From: Candidatus Poribacteria bacterium
GTDB lineage: Bacteria > Poribacteria > WGA-4E > WGA-3G
Direction of reading: 5' to 3'
Assembly (NCBI GenBank): GCA_963663765.2
Contig: CAXXUA010000004.1
Span: forward strand, 576,001 to 640,000
DNA: 64,000 bases
The translations under genes were made by a program, and so were the position numbers. Position 1 is the stretch's first letter. Each line of letters opens with the position of its first letter. The notes under the pieces are model-generated. The model saw only the letters and a program-made list of their open reading frames with translations. It was not told the origin of the DNA and made no database searches. Shown piece after piece: positions 33,308 to 43,307 of the stretch.

Positions 33308-34099
33308 ATGAAAATAGGCGTTACCCAAATTATTCTTGGAAACATGTCACTGGAAGATACACTTTCGTTGTGCCAAGATGCTGGCTACGATGCAGTTGAA
33401 CTTACCTTTCGTGAAAGCAAGGATACAGACATCAACCTAAGTGATACAGAACTAAAAGGCATCGCTGCAAAATGTGAATCTGCTGGTGTTGAAATAAGCA
33501 GTATCACCGCAGGATACAATAATCGTGGAAATCTACTCAGCATGGATGCAGAACAACGTGAGAACGGCGCTAAATCGCTTGCGCGTGGCTTAGAAGTCGC
33601 AGGAGCACTCGGTGTAGGCGGGATATTGTTGCACCCGGGACAACTCAGCGTTGAAGGCACGTACCAGCAAGTATGGGATAACCTCGTCGGCATCCTAAAA
33701 GACCTCGCACCTTCCGCCGAAGCACACAAAGTTGCTATCGGGTTAGAAAATGTATGGAATAAATTTTTGCTGAGCCCAAAAGAGATGCGCGAAATTGTAG
33801 ATGAAATAGGAAGTGACTGGGTCGGCACCTATCTTGATACCGCAAACATGATGGCGTACGGATATCCTGAACATTGGATACGCGAACTCGGGCATCGCAT
33901 CAAACGTGTGCATTTCAAGGATTTCTCGCGAGGTGCACATCGCTTTGTCAACCTATTAGATGGAGATACAGATTGGGCAGCTGTAATGGAAGCATTCCGT
34001 AATGTTGGGTATGATGGTTACGTGATTCACGAAGTCGGTGGGGATAGGGACGCACAAATTGATCTTGCAAAACGGATGCGAAAAATTATAGCAATGTAG
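33308..34099 (+). CDS. Sugar phosphate isomerase/epimerase (xylose isomerase-like TIM barrel)
   Basis: LENVWNKFLLSP, DTAN, VHFKDF, GDTDW. Confidence 0.92.
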   Translation: MKIGVTQIILGNMSLEDTLSLCQDAGYDAVELTFRESKDTDINLSDTELKGIAAKCESAGVEISSITAGYNNRGNLLSMDAEQRENGAKSLARGLEVAGALGVGGILLHPGQLSVEGTYQQVWDNLVGILKDLAPSAEAHKVAIGLENVWNKFLLSPKEMREIVDEIGSDWVGTYLDTANMMAYGYPEHWIRELGHRIKRVHFKDFSRGAHRFVNLLDGDTDWAAVMEAFRNVGYDGYVIHEVGGDRDAQIDLAKRMRKIIAM

Positions 34100-34140
34100 C
34101 CATTAAAAGGAAAACAATGGTGTTTTTTCACCATTGTGAA

Positions 34141-34225
34141 TGCCGGAGGTCGGACTCGAACCGACATGGACCTAGGGCCCGCTGGATTTTGAGTCCAGTG
34201 CGTCTACCAATTTCACCACTCCGGC
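34141..34225 (-). tRNA. tRNA-Leu (CAA)
   Basis: Reverse complement GCCGGAGTGGTGAAATTGGTAGACGCACTGGACTCAAAATCCAGCGGGCC...GTTCGAGTCCGACCTCCGGCA, long variable arm. Confidence 0.96.
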
Positions 34226-34286
34226 GGATCGACAATAAAAACAACAATTAAAATATAACACATTTGGAGAGAAATGTCAAAATATT

Positions 34287-35138
34287 ATGGCACAGCAACA
34301 AAGAGGACTCGCAACTGAAAGCATTTTTAAACGCGCTACTACCGCTGTACTGGGATTCCTATCGCTTCTGATTGAAAGAGAAACTTGGCAGGCACTGGTA
34401 CGTTGGGTGCTCTGGCGTGTGATACCGAGGCGGCGACGTATTCTAAGACTAATGCGTGAACTACATCCCCTTGCTGTAGATGCACCACCCGAAATGCATG
34501 CACTCAGGGATGAGGTTTTTCTAAAGTGCTGCCTTGAACTGCGACAACCACAAGACCAACAAGTCCTCTTGGATATCCTCAACCATGTAGAACTTCCACA
34601 CGGATTAGAACAAATATTTTTTACATCAATATATCCTGTATTGGTAAAACGTGATCTGGAAGCTCTTGCTGTTAAAGTTGATACACATCATCGACTTGAA
34701 GTTGAGATCGGGTATCTGGCACACAACGAAGACTACTTTTTCTGGGTTTTTGAGATTGATAGTGAACGGCGCATGTCACTCAAGACACCACTTCAAGTTC
34801 GGGAGGCACAACGTGAAGACAAGAAGTATGTGATTTATACACTTGGTTGTACAGGTCTCGTAGAAACAGATTTTGCTGCGTATGCGGAACAGTGGCTGCT
34901 GAATGCACCGCGTTTATCCATTGCACTGCCACTTCTTGCTACTGCGTATGCGGATCAGTGGATACTTAATGCACGGGTCTATTTCTCACACATATTAAAT
35001 GATTTGAAGAAGCGCAATTACAAGGTCACAGCAGAAGCAATACCTGATTTTGAACGGGGACGGTTGTCAATACTACGCCATCTCGCCCATCTCCAGACAA
35101 AAAAACGTCAATTTCAGTCCTCACGCCGAAAGCGTTGA
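34287..35138 (+). CDS. Hypothetical protein
   Basis: 283-aa ORF filling the gap between tRNA-Leu and the M24 peptidase; no motif recognised. Confidence 0.7.
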   Translation: MAQQQRGLATESIFKRATTAVLGFLSLLIERETWQALVRWVLWRVIPRRRRILRLMRELHPLAVDAPPEMHALRDEVFLKCCLELRQPQDQQVLLDILNHVELPHGLEQIFFTSIYPVLVKRDLEALAVKVDTHHRLEVEIGYLAHNEDYFFWVFEIDSERRMSLKTPLQVREAQREDKKYVIYTLGCTGLVETDFAAYAEQWLLNAPRLSIALPLLATAYADQWILNARVYFSHILNDLKKRNYKVTAEAIPDFERGRLSILRHLAHLQTKKRQFQSSRRKR

Positions 35139-36207
35139 GATAGATACCCGGTTCAATTGTGAAGCATGTGCCTTCAATAAGTTCCCGTGTATCTCGAGTC
35201 TCCAGATTGTCTAAATTCGCACCGTTGCCATGGATTTCTATACCCAGGCTATGGCCGGTACGGTGAATAAAGTATTCTCCATACCCCATTTCTGTTATGT
35301 ACTCACGCACGCAATCGTCAACAGCACAACCCGGTATCGGTTCATTCGCTGCCCATTTCTCACGAATAAACGCAACTGCTCTATCACGTGCTTCCCTAAC
35401 TACCTCAAAGACAGCACGGTATTGGTCAGGAACCGAATTTCCTGCATAAGCGACCCAGGTGGAATCAGCGAAAACTGCATCAACGTTTTTCTGTTTTGCC
35501 CAGAGATCAATTAAGATGCAATCCCCCTCTTTAATTTGTTGGGTGCGGGTTGCAGTTGGTGCGTAATGCGGATCACTGCTATTCGCATTCACGGCAACGA
35601 TTGGGGGATGATTCGTTACCAGATCCATTTCATCAAACTGCTTGAGAATATGTTGCTGAACATCATATTCCGTGAAATTATTACCTGCGATGAGTTGATC
35701 TTTTATCCACATAAAGGCATTATCTTTCGCTTGAATGGTGAGTTTTGCGGATTTTTGATGTCCTTCAAACTGTGCATCGGTTAACCGTGCTTCTACATAT
35801 TGAGCAAGTTCTGCTGAAGACTTCACCGTAATTCCAAAAGAGCGAATCCACTCCAACGTTCCAGCGTCTACTCGTGATATATACGGAATTTCGCCATCAG
35901 GCGAATACTCCATTGCAACCGATGTGACACCATCAAGGAGTTTTGACATCTCATCTTTGAGTTCCTGCCATCCAGCATACAGAGAGATGTTACCGGGGAC
36001 ATCAGTAAAGTTTGATGTTTCAATGCGATGAATTAACCATCGTGGTTCACCTTGTGAAGGAATCAGACAGAACCATCGTCGTGTGACATTTTTCCCGGTT
36101 AGTCCGGCAGCGTTTTGAGCAATCGGGTTGATACCCCGGAAATCATACAGCAACCAGGCGTCCAGGTCTAATGTTGCCAAAGCAGATTGTATTTCAGATA
36201 TTTGCAT
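35026..36207 (-). CDS. M24 family Xaa-Pro aminopeptidase
   Basis: DPHY, LIDLWAK, HRTGHSLG, TIEPGIY, GVRTEID. Confidence 0.93.
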   Translation of the reverse strand: MQISEIQSALATLDLDAWLLYDFRGINPIAQNAAGLTGKNVTRRWFCLIPSQGEPRWLIHRIETSNFTDVPGNISLYAGWQELKDEMSKLLDGVTSVAMEYSPDGEIPYISRVDAGTLEWIRSFGITVKSSAELAQYVEARLTDAQFEGHQKSAKLTIQAKDNAFMWIKDQLIAGNNFTEYDVQQHILKQFDEMDLVTNHPPIVAVNANSSDPHYAPTATRTQQIKEGDCILIDLWAKQKNVDAVFADSTWVAYAGNSVPDQYRAVFEVVREARDRAVAFIREKWAANEPIPGCAVDDCVREYITEMGYGEYFIHRTGHSLGIEIHGNGANLDNLETRDTRELIEGTCFTIEPGIYLNAFGVRTEIDVFLSGDGRDGVVLTTVPVQNQVLLLL

Positions 36208-36290
36208 TTTTTTCGGTTGTCCTCAGAATAGAATATGGTATGTCCTTCACATAGTAGCATAAGCATGAGTTGTTGTCAAAAGTAACGGTT

Positions 36291-37829
36291 TCATGTGACA
36301 GAACCATCAAGATCACTGATTCCAAGCATAAGTTTACCCAATGCCTGTCGATCTGTCTCATCCGTTTTGACAATACCTACGATCTTTCCATTGTACATCA
36401 CTGCGATCCTGTCGCTCAGTTTTAGCAGTTCATCCAGTTCAGAAGATACGAGTACGACAGATTTTCCACGGTTACGTGCCTGCAGCAGACGGCTATGGAC
36501 GAAATCTGCCGCATGTATATCTAATCCCCGCGTCGGATGCGCAGCAATTATCACCGTCGGACCTCCTGATAACTCCCGTGCTACAACAACCTTTTGCTGA
36601 TTGCCACCAGAGAGGGTTTTGATAGGATGAGAAATGTCTCCAACTTGAATTTGATACTTGTCCAGTGCATTCATAGAGAATCGTCGAATGTTTTCAGGAT
36701 TCAATATCCCATTCTTACAAAACACGTTTCGTTTATGTTGTCCGACAATTAGGTTTTCATCAATCCGACTGTCTAAACTGATTCCATGCCGATGTCTATC
36801 TGCGGGTAGGTGAACTATGCCTTTTTCACGAAATTTCGCAGGTGTTGCATTGACCATTGAATCACCATTTATCGTTATTATACCATCCAGAACTTTACGT
36901 AATCCTGTGGCAACTTCAATTAATTCCGTTTGACCGTTTCCTTCTACACCCGCGATCCCAACGATTTCTCCAGAGAACACATCAAGGTTAATGCAATTCA
37001 AAAGCACTTTCCCTTTGTTTGTTTTCACAGTTATATCTGCTAAGTGCAGGATCGAATTTTCTTGTTCAATTTCCTTACGTTCTATTGGACTATGACTAAC
37101 TTCCTCTCCAAGCATTTGTTCTGCCAATTGATGCGGGTCTGTATCAGAAATATTACAAGTTGCAACGGCTTTTCCTTGTCGCATGACAGTGACAGAATCC
37201 GCTATTGCCATCACCTCATCAAGTTTATGTGTGATAATGATGATACTATTTCCTTCCTTTTTGATACCGCGCAAACAGTCAAACAGACCGTCAATTTCTT
37301 GCGGCACAAGCACAGCAGTCGGTTCGTCCATAATCAGTATTTCTGCACCATGATATAACACTTTCAGGATTTCTGTGTGCTGGTGTGAACCAATTGGGAG
37401 CGACTCTATGGGTGTATTCAATTGTACATCAAACCCAAGTTGGTCAGCAAGTTCTGTGATTTTAGTTTCCGCAGATTGGTAGTCAACGAGGGTTGCGAAT
37501 TTGCGCGGTTCTTTAGCAAGAATGATATTCTGAATAGCAGTGAATGTAGGAATGAGTGTGAAATGTTGCTGTATCATACCTAAACCGAGACGCATAGCAC
37601 GGCGCGGTGAAGTAATTTTCACGAATGTTCCATCAACGCAGATCTCACCATTATCTGGTTGGTAGAGACCGTATAGGATTTTCATTAGTGTAGATTTACC
37701 CGCACCATTTTCACCAACAATAGCGTGTATTTCTCCGCGTTGTAGCGTAAAATCCACAGAATCGTTTGCCTGTACCTGTCCAAATCTTTTGCTAATGTTA
37801 CGCATTTCAATAATTGGTGTTAGTGACAT
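36291..37829 (-). CDS. ABC transporter ATP-binding protein (sugar/nucleoside, two fused domains)
   Basis: GENGAGKST, DEPT, LSGGNQQK, PTRGLD. Confidence 0.95.
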   Translation of the reverse strand: MSLTPIIEMRNISKRFGQVQANDSVDFTLQRGEIHAIVGENGAGKSTLMKILYGLYQPDNGEICVDGTFVKITSPRRAMRLGLGMIQQHFTLIPTFTAIQNIILAKEPRKFATLVDYQSAETKITELADQLGFDVQLNTPIESLPIGSHQHTEILKVLYHGAEILIMDEPTAVLVPQEIDGLFDCLRGIKKEGNSIIIITHKLDEVMAIADSVTVMRQGKAVATCNISDTDPHQLAEQMLGEEVSHSPIERKEIEQENSILHLADITVKTNKGKVLLNCINLDVFSGEIVGIAGVEGNGQTELIEVATGLRKVLDGIITINGDSMVNATPAKFREKGIVHLPADRHRHGISLDSRIDENLIVGQHKRNVFCKNGILNPENIRRFSMNALDKYQIQVGDISHPIKTLSGGNQQKVVVARELSGGPTVIIAAHPTRGLDIHAADFVHSRLLQARNRGKSVVLVSSELDELLKLSDRIAVMYNGKIVGIVKTDETDRQALGKLMLGISDLDGSVT

Positions 37830-37877
37830 AATACTACCTAATAAACTCTGGTTGATAATTGGTGATTCTGAATATCG

Positions 37878-39050
37878 TTATTTACCGCGTGGTGAGAAGC
37901 ACTTTCTATATAGCGCGATGATTTCTTCTTGTGTTGCTTGGCGGGGATTGTTCGTTGGACTTCCACTTGCGATTGCATCCGCTGCCATCTGTTCAACGAC
38001 CTGCTCAAACTTCTGTTTGTCAATACCGATTTCTCCGAGACGTGGCATCTGAATATCGTTCACAAGACGTTCAACTGCAGATATTGCTGCATCCGCTTGC
38101 TGCATCGGAGAAAGTCCATCAATCGTTTCCCCCATTGCTATCGCAATGTCAGCAAATTGTTGGGGTGCACCGACAATGGTAAACTCCATCACATCCAACA
38201 GCAACACAGCATTTGATAGACCGTGATGAATGTGAAAGTATGCACCGATAGGTCGGGACATGCCGTGCACCAAAGCGACTGAAGAATTGCTAAACGCCAT
38301 ACCCGCAATGGACGCACCCAGCATCATTTCAGTTCGCGCAGAGATGTTGTCGCCATCTGCCCACGCTTGACGAAGCGAACCTGAAATCAATCTGATTGCT
38401 TCCAATGCAAGTGCATCCGTAATCGGTTGTGCACGCTTAGAGATGTATGCTTCAATTGCATGTGTCAACGCATCAACGCCGACTGCTGCAGTTAGATGGG
38501 GTGGCGTTGTGAGGGATAGCAACGGATCAACCAAAGCAACAGATGGTAATAAACAACTACTACTCAGCATCATCTTGACATTGCGATCCGTATCGGTAAT
38601 AACAGTGACTTTTGAAACTTCACTTCCTGTCCCAGCAGTAGTCGGTATAGCAATTAAGGGAGTACCCGGTATCGGGATTTTGTCTACACCCATGTAGTCA
38701 GCAAATTCGCCATCGTTCGTGTGTTTGACAGCGATACCTTTACCGCAGTCAATTGCACTGCCGCCACCGATACTAACAATCACATCACAGTTTTCATCAC
38801 GGTATAACTTTAGTCCATCAGTGACGTTTTGTAAAGTTGGGTCAGGGGTGACATTGGAGAATATAGAACACGCAATTCCAGTATTTTGCAAGTTCTTGGC
38901 TATTTGATCTGCGTAACCGATCTTTGCAATTCCCGGATCAGTCACAATTAGTGCTTTCGTTGCACCGAGTCGTTTTGCTTCTTCACCTGCTTTTTCGGAT
39001 GCACCAACACTGGTAATTATTGTGGAAGGAATTGAGAATGTGGTAGGCAA
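37878..39050 (-). CDS. Iron-containing alcohol dehydrogenase
   Basis: GGGSAID, PTTAGTGSE, DALTHAIE, HGMS, HHGLSNA; TTG start. Confidence 0.95.
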   Translation of the reverse strand: MPTTFSIPSTIITSVGASEKAGEEAKRLGATKALIVTDPGIAKIGYADQIAKNLQNTGIACSIFSNVTPDPTLQNVTDGLKLYRDENCDVIVSIGGGSAIDCGKGIAVKHTNDGEFADYMGVDKIPIPGTPLIAIPTTAGTGSEVSKVTVITDTDRNVKMMLSSSCLLPSVALVDPLLSLTTPPHLTAAVGVDALTHAIEAYISKRAQPITDALALEAIRLISGSLRQAWADGDNISARTEMMLGASIAGMAFSNSSVALVHGMSRPIGAYFHIHHGLSNAVLLLDVMEFTIVGAPQQFADIAIAMGETIDGLSPMQQADAAISAVERLVNDIQMPRLGEIGIDKQKFEQVVEQMAADAIASGSPTNNPRQATQEEIIALYRKCFSPRGK

Positions 39051-39116
39051 TTTTTGTTTTCCTAATTAGGCTGTTTATCTTTTCCAACACGACTTGAAAT
39101 GAATATGTTTTCATGT

Positions 39117-39238
39117 CAGGACTTACGCACCCAACGGTAGGCGCGCTTTGTAAGCGCGCTGGAAACCGAAAAAATGCTGAAAATTACACCATTTTCGTCA
39201 TAATTCTTCATCAAATCATGAAAACTGCGTAAGTCATG
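39117..39238. mobile_element. CAGGACTTACG-type MITE, single copy
   Basis: TIRs with 5-bp TSD CATGT on both sides. Confidence 0.85.
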
Positions 39239-39305
39239 CATGTATCTCCATCTCCTACAGAGTATACCACAAGACACATTAATATACAATGTATATCTAT
39301 TGTGA

Positions 39306-40764
39306 GGGTGTGTAAAGTTTTTGGCATGGACATCATGCTGCTTTTGTGTTTGGATACCAATATCTTTCCCAAGCCTTATTCTTTGACAAACATCTCCACT
39401 TTAGCACAGCATTGATGCCCGGTTGCTCCCATCTCATAGCTGCTTGTTTACACCTTTCTCCGACAACATGTTTACATGCACTTTCAATCACACCACTTCC
39501 AATCATATACCCTTTTTCTCTAAACGCTTTATACTGCATGCGGTTTGCATGTTTTTCAAAATATCTTGCTTCTCTTTCTAAACTCTCTGACACCTCTGGG
39601 TGCTGTGTGGCTAAGGCACGAATGCTTGAGGCAACTTCTGCGATGTTCCCATCATGCAGAAAACATTCTGTTTCTTTTATCCACGCTTCAAACAGCTCCG
39701 TTTCTGTCTCTTCAAACACAAGTTTCGCAACATCATACAGATGAGACACGGCGTGTGGATAATCCACAATCTGAACAGCATTCGGAAAGTATTCTTTACA
39801 AAGGTTCCAAATCCACGCAGCACCATCTCCGATAAATACAATCTCTTGTGTATTTATATCTTTTTGATAGATGCCACTTTGTAGTGCTAACGCATACAAC
39901 TTTTTACCAAATGCGGCGGCATTTTGACGACCCGCAACATACCGAATACTTTCTGTTCTCACACTCGGGGTCCCACCCGAAACAGGTTGTGGATAATCTC
40001 TGTAAATACACCCCACTTTCACCTCTTTCCACCCATCCGGAGAGTTCGTGTGGCACCCATCGCAACTCACATACCAACGCTGATTTTCCGCAAGTTCTTG
40101 AGCCTCTACTTGTTCACATACATCCAAATCTTCTGCCAACTTACACACACTTTGATGAAGTGTCGTGTGACTCACTTCTATCCCTTGATGAGACAACTCC
40201 TCTGATGCTTCCCTATAGTCAAGCCGCGCAGACAAACGACACATCGCTTCAACGACACGATGCGTGTATTGATCCGATAACTTCTGTTTGACTTCCCACG
40301 GGGCATGCCTATGTCCGTGTTCACAACAATACACCCAACGCCTTGGACTTATTTTGCCACAAAGAGTTGTTAGATGTTTCGCACGCTTGCGTAATGGACG
40401 ACAAGGTGCTTGACACTCTGGACATTCAACAGGTTCACTCTCTTTCTTACCTGCCTTTTTAGACACACACACTTCTAAAAACTTTTGTTCAAAAGAACGA
40501 AATTCTTCGGAAACACGAACTTCAACATCATCTAAAGATAAACTCTCGTCAGCATCAATGTCTCTATAGAGATCGGTTACTTCTTTGACAATCTTTCTAA
40601 AATCATCTTCCCAATCATTGCTTTCATGAACACTTAATGATATACTTGACATTGGTATCCTCTCCTAAAATTGGAATTTATTTATTAGGTTAGGATACCA
40701 TGTGTATACATTCTGAGCAAGAACTCCATTCAAGGCATTTTCATGCCAAAAACTTTACACACCC
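39306..40764 (-). mobile_element. Complete ISKra4-family insertion sequence
   Basis: TIRs GGGTGTGTAAAGTTTTTGGCAT and ATGCCAAAAACTTTACACACCC; perfect 9-bp TSD CTATTGTGA. Confidence 0.93.
39333..40652 (-). CDS. ISKra4-family (UPF0236-like) DDE transposase
   Basis: SCDG, WKEVKVG, GDGAAWIW, DYPHA, IGSGVIESACK; N-terminal CxxC zinc ribbon. Confidence 0.92.
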   Translation of the reverse strand: MSSISLSVHESNDWEDDFRKIVKEVTDLYRDIDADESLSLDDVEVRVSEEFRSFEQKFLEVCVSKKAGKKESEPVECPECQAPCRPLRKRAKHLTTLCGKISPRRWVYCCEHGHRHAPWEVKQKLSDQYTHRVVEAMCRLSARLDYREASEELSHQGIEVSHTTLHQSVCKLAEDLDVCEQVEAQELAENQRWYVSCDGCHTNSPDGWKEVKVGCIYRDYPQPVSGGTPSVRTESIRYVAGRQNAAAFGKKLYALALQSGIYQKDINTQEIVFIGDGAAWIWNLCKEYFPNAVQIVDYPHAVSHLYDVAKLVFEETETELFEAWIKETECFLHDGNIAEVASSIRALATQHPEVSESLEREARYFEKHANRMQYKAFREKGYMIGSGVIESACKHVVGERCKQAAMRWEQPGINAVLKWRCLSKNKAWERYWYPNTKAA

Positions 40765-40851
40765 CTATTGTGAAATCAAAGTGTTACCACTTGAATAATA
40801 CATAACTCTTTGGTATACTTTTACCAACACCACATGAAAGGAAGTACACAC

Positions 40852-43305
40852 ATGGCAATAAAGAAATCACAACTCTATGCATCATTATGGGAAAGCTGCA
40901 ACAAACTCCGCGGTGGAATGGATGCATCGCAATACAAAGACTATATTCTCACGCTCCTGTTCATGAAATATGTCTCCGACAAGGCAGAGAGAAATCCTCG
41001 CGAGGTAATAATAGTACCAGAAGGCGGTAGTTTCTCCGATATTGTGGAATTGAAAGGTGACAAGGAGATCGGTGATAAGATTAACAAAATTATTGATAGA
41101 TTCGCTGAGGCAAACGAACAGATAAGCGACTTTAATCAGGCTGATTTCAATGACGATAGTAAACTCGGTAAAGGCAAAGAGATGGTGGATCGCCTTACCG
41201 GTCTCGTGGAAATCTTCAACAATCTCGACCTCAGTACCAATCGCGCTGCAGGAGATGACCTACTCGGTGATGCTTACGAATATCTTATGAGACATTTCGC
41301 CACAGAGTCGGGCAAAAGCAAAGGGCAGTTCTATACACCTGCCGAAGTTTCGCGAATCATGGCGAAGGTTATCGGCATCGGTCCAGATACACAAAGGATA
41401 CATACAATATACGATCCCACATGCGGTTCAGGTTCTCTATTGCTTAAGGCAGCAGATGAAACGCAACGCGGAATTAGTATCTATGGACAGGAAAAGGACA
41501 ATGCAACCTACGGACTCGCCCGCATGAATATGATACTTCACGGCAATGCAACAGCTGAGATAAGTCACGGGAACACACTATCCGCACCTAACTTCACAGA
41601 CTCACCCACAAGCCTCAAACGTTTCGACTTTGCCGTTGCAAATCCACCTTTTTCTGACAAAGAATGGATAACCGGTTTAAAACCCAATGAGGACCAATAT
41701 GATCGTTTTGAATACGGTATCCCACCAGGGAAAAATGGTGATTATGCGTTCCTTTTGCACTTCCTCAAATCACTCAAAAGCACAGGCAAAGGTGCAATTA
41801 TCCTACCTCACGGCGTGCTGTTCCGCGGCAACAAAGAGGCAGATATCCGCAGAAACCTCATTAAACATAAGTTTATCAAAGGCATTATAGGCTTACCTGC
41901 CAATCTGTTTTACGGCACTGGCATCCCTGCCTGTATCATCGTTATTGACAAAGAGAACGCCAAACACCGCACCGGCATCTTTATGATAGACGCAAGTAAG
42001 GGTTTCCTCAAAGATGGCAACAAAAACCGCCTTCGCGCACAGGACATCCACAAAATCGTGTCCGTGTTCAATGCACAAACCGAAATAGACCGATATTCCC
42101 GCATGGTGCCAACCTCCGAAATTGCCAACTCAGCAAACAACTACAACCTCAATATACCGCGCTATATTGACAATAGCGACCCCGAAGACCTCCACGACCT
42201 CGACGCACACCTCAACGGTGGTATCCCCGACGCCGATATTGACGCACTCAACGACTATTGGCAGGTATTCCCAACGTTACGCAACACACTGTTCACAGAA
42301 AACGGCAGACCCGGTTATAGCGACCCACTGGTAGACACGCAGCAGGTGAAAGCGACCATCCTCTCACATAACGAGTTCACCGATTACCAACAGCGCGTCA
42401 CGGCTATCTTTGACACATGGCGTGCGACACACGAATCCCTACTGGGTGGTATCAATGATAAAACCAAGCTGAGAGATATTATAGACGCGCTGTCGGAAGA
42501 CCTATTGACGCAATTCAATGACCTACTACTCCTTGACCCTTACGATGTCTACCAAAAACTGATGGACTATTGGGATGAGGTGATGCAGGACGATGTGTAT
42601 CTCATCACCACAGATGGATGGGAAAAGGCATCGCAACCGCGCGACATTATCCAAGAGAAAAACCTCAAGGAAACCCCCGACCTCACCATCAATAGAAAGA
42701 AGTACAAAATGGACCTCATACCACCCGCCCTGATAATTAACCGATACTTCCCCGAAGAACAAGCAGAAATTGACACACTCCAAACCGCACAAGAAACCGC
42801 CACCCAAGAATTAGACGAATACATTGAAGAACACACCACAGAAGACGGACTACTCACAGATGCCACTACAGAGGCAGGAAGTGACACCAAAACCAGTGTC
42901 AACGCACGACTCAAAGAACTCACACCCAACCTCATGACCCACAACGACGCACAAGACAACGACGACGAACACGATGCACTTAAACACTGCCAAACACTCA
43001 TCAACGCAAAAGCGAAAGCAGACAAGACAGTAAAAGACGCACAACTCGCACTGGATGAAAAAGTATTAGCACACTACGCCACACTCAACGAAACCGAAAT
43101 CAAGCAACTCGTCATAGACGATAAATGGTTCGCCACAATCCAAGCCGAAGTTACGGGTGAGGTGCAGCGGTTGACGCAGAACCTCACAGAGCGCGTGAAG
43201 GAATTGGAAGAACGATACACCCAACCATTACCAACGTTGGAAAGCGAAGTAAACGACTTTACCCAAAAAGTCAAAGACCACCTATCAAACATGGGAGTAT
43301 CTTAG
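40852..43305 (+). CDS. hsdM: Type I R-M methyltransferase subunit
   Basis: GQFYTP, YDPTCGSG, ANPPF, LPHGVLFRG. Confidence 0.97.
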   Translation: MAIKKSQLYASLWESCNKLRGGMDASQYKDYILTLLFMKYVSDKAERNPREVIIVPEGGSFSDIVELKGDKEIGDKINKIIDRFAEANEQISDFNQADFNDDSKLGKGKEMVDRLTGLVEIFNNLDLSTNRAAGDDLLGDAYEYLMRHFATESGKSKGQFYTPAEVSRIMAKVIGIGPDTQRIHTIYDPTCGSGSLLLKAADETQRGISIYGQEKDNATYGLARMNMILHGNATAEISHGNTLSAPNFTDSPTSLKRFDFAVANPPFSDKEWITGLKPNEDQYDRFEYGIPPGKNGDYAFLLHFLKSLKSTGKGAIILPHGVLFRGNKEADIRRNLIKHKFIKGIIGLPANLFYGTGIPACIIVIDKENAKHRTGIFMIDASKGFLKDGNKNRLRAQDIHKIVSVFNAQTEIDRYSRMVPTSEIANSANNYNLNIPRYIDNSDPEDLHDLDAHLNGGIPDADIDALNDYWQVFPTLRNTLFTENGRPGYSDPLVDTQQVKATILSHNEFTDYQQRVTAIFDTWRATHESLLGGINDKTKLRDIIDALSEDLLTQFNDLLLLDPYDVYQKLMDYWDEVMQDDVYLITTDGWEKASQPRDIIQEKNLKETPDLTINRKKYKMDLIPPALIINRYFPEEQAEIDTLQTAQETATQELDEYIEEHTTEDGLLTDATTEAGSDTKTSVNARLKELTPNLMTHNDAQDNDDEHDALKHCQTLINAKAKADKTVKDAQLALDEKVLAHYATLNETEIKQLVIDDKWFATIQAEVTGEVQRLTQNLTERVKELEERYTQPLPTLESEVNDFTQKVKDHLSNMGVS

Positions 43306-43307
43306 TA

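Noticed and set aside
42100-43300. Diversity-generating retroelement as cause of the skew
   Set aside because: No reverse transcriptase or TR/VR pair in the window, and adenines are enriched rather than mutated
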